Below are positions 63,797-64,000 of a stretch of DNA of 64,000 bases, in pieces. How positions within the stretch are numbered: position 1 is the first letter of the stretch; every line of letters begins with the position of its first letter. Source of the DNA: Macrostomum hystrix (lineage: Eukaryota > Animalia > Platyhelminthes). Under the pieces are notes generated by a model. That model had not been told where the DNA came from. It did not search any database and saw nothing but the letters and a program-made list of their open reading frames with translations. The stretch is taken from positions 9,238,001 to 9,302,000 of the forward strand of contig CATNEN010000003.1 of assembly GCA_950097015.1 (NCBI GenBank), read 5' to 3'. A program made the translations under genes and the position numbers.

Positions 63797-64000
63797 GTGA
63801 CAATTTATCCAGATTGGTCTGAGAGACTCGTACCATTTGATCAGCAAGGCCCACAGCAGCAGCTGCAGCAGCCTGCCCAATTTCTTGTATCTGTTAGACT
63901 ACAATCCCGCGATGGGTACCTTAGTAGGCCACTTCGCTTGTGCATTCCACAAGGTCTGGATGCCACCATTGCTGATCTCAAAGAGCAACTATTATTGACA
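63797..64000 (+). CDS. Next exon, start of a ubiquitin-like domain (runs off the window)
   Basis: catcag|VTIYPDW...FLVSVRLQSRDG...LRLCIPQGLDATIADLKEQLLLT; contains the UBL T(I/V)xxLK motif; phase 0 join. Confidence 0.55.
   Translation, partial: MTIYPDWSERLVPFDQQGPQQQLQQPAQFLVSVRLQSRDGYLSRPLRLCIPQGLDATIADLKEQLLLT

Overview
This is eukaryotic, intron-rich animal DNA packed with minisatellites. The style resembles a free-living flatworm such as Macrostomum, but that is inference only. Most long ORFs in the supplied track are translations of tandem repeats. By hand-splicing GT..AG exons I reconstruct: (1) a 5-exon, 616-aa highly divergent p53-family gene (+, 2373-6929) whose zinc ligands appear swapped (CxxC...CxxxH); (2) a transmembrane double-C2 synaptotagmin-like gene (-, 14197-19046); (3) a 6-exon animal alpha-amylase (+, 31726-40381); (4) five short Cys-rich caveolin genes (41579-52710), three of them near-identical and one missing the signature/scaffolding segment; (5) a 4-exon Y-box cold-shock gene (-, 54879-62328); (6) two exons of a probable SHARPIN/HOIL-1-like (LTM+UBL) gene running off the right edge. 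Mobile DNA includes a decayed Crypton-type tyrosine-recombinase element inside the Y-box intron, a tRNA-derived SINE family (4 copies, with an HDV-ribozyme-like motif set), a second SINE family, a TIR-bounded MITE and a piggyBac fragment. The most striking structure is the pair of ~140-nt hairpins bracketing the Crypton ORF. They fold on one strand only (G.T wobbles, tandem GA pairs, GCGAAGC caps), which suggests folded single-stranded recombination sites reminiscent of integron attC.
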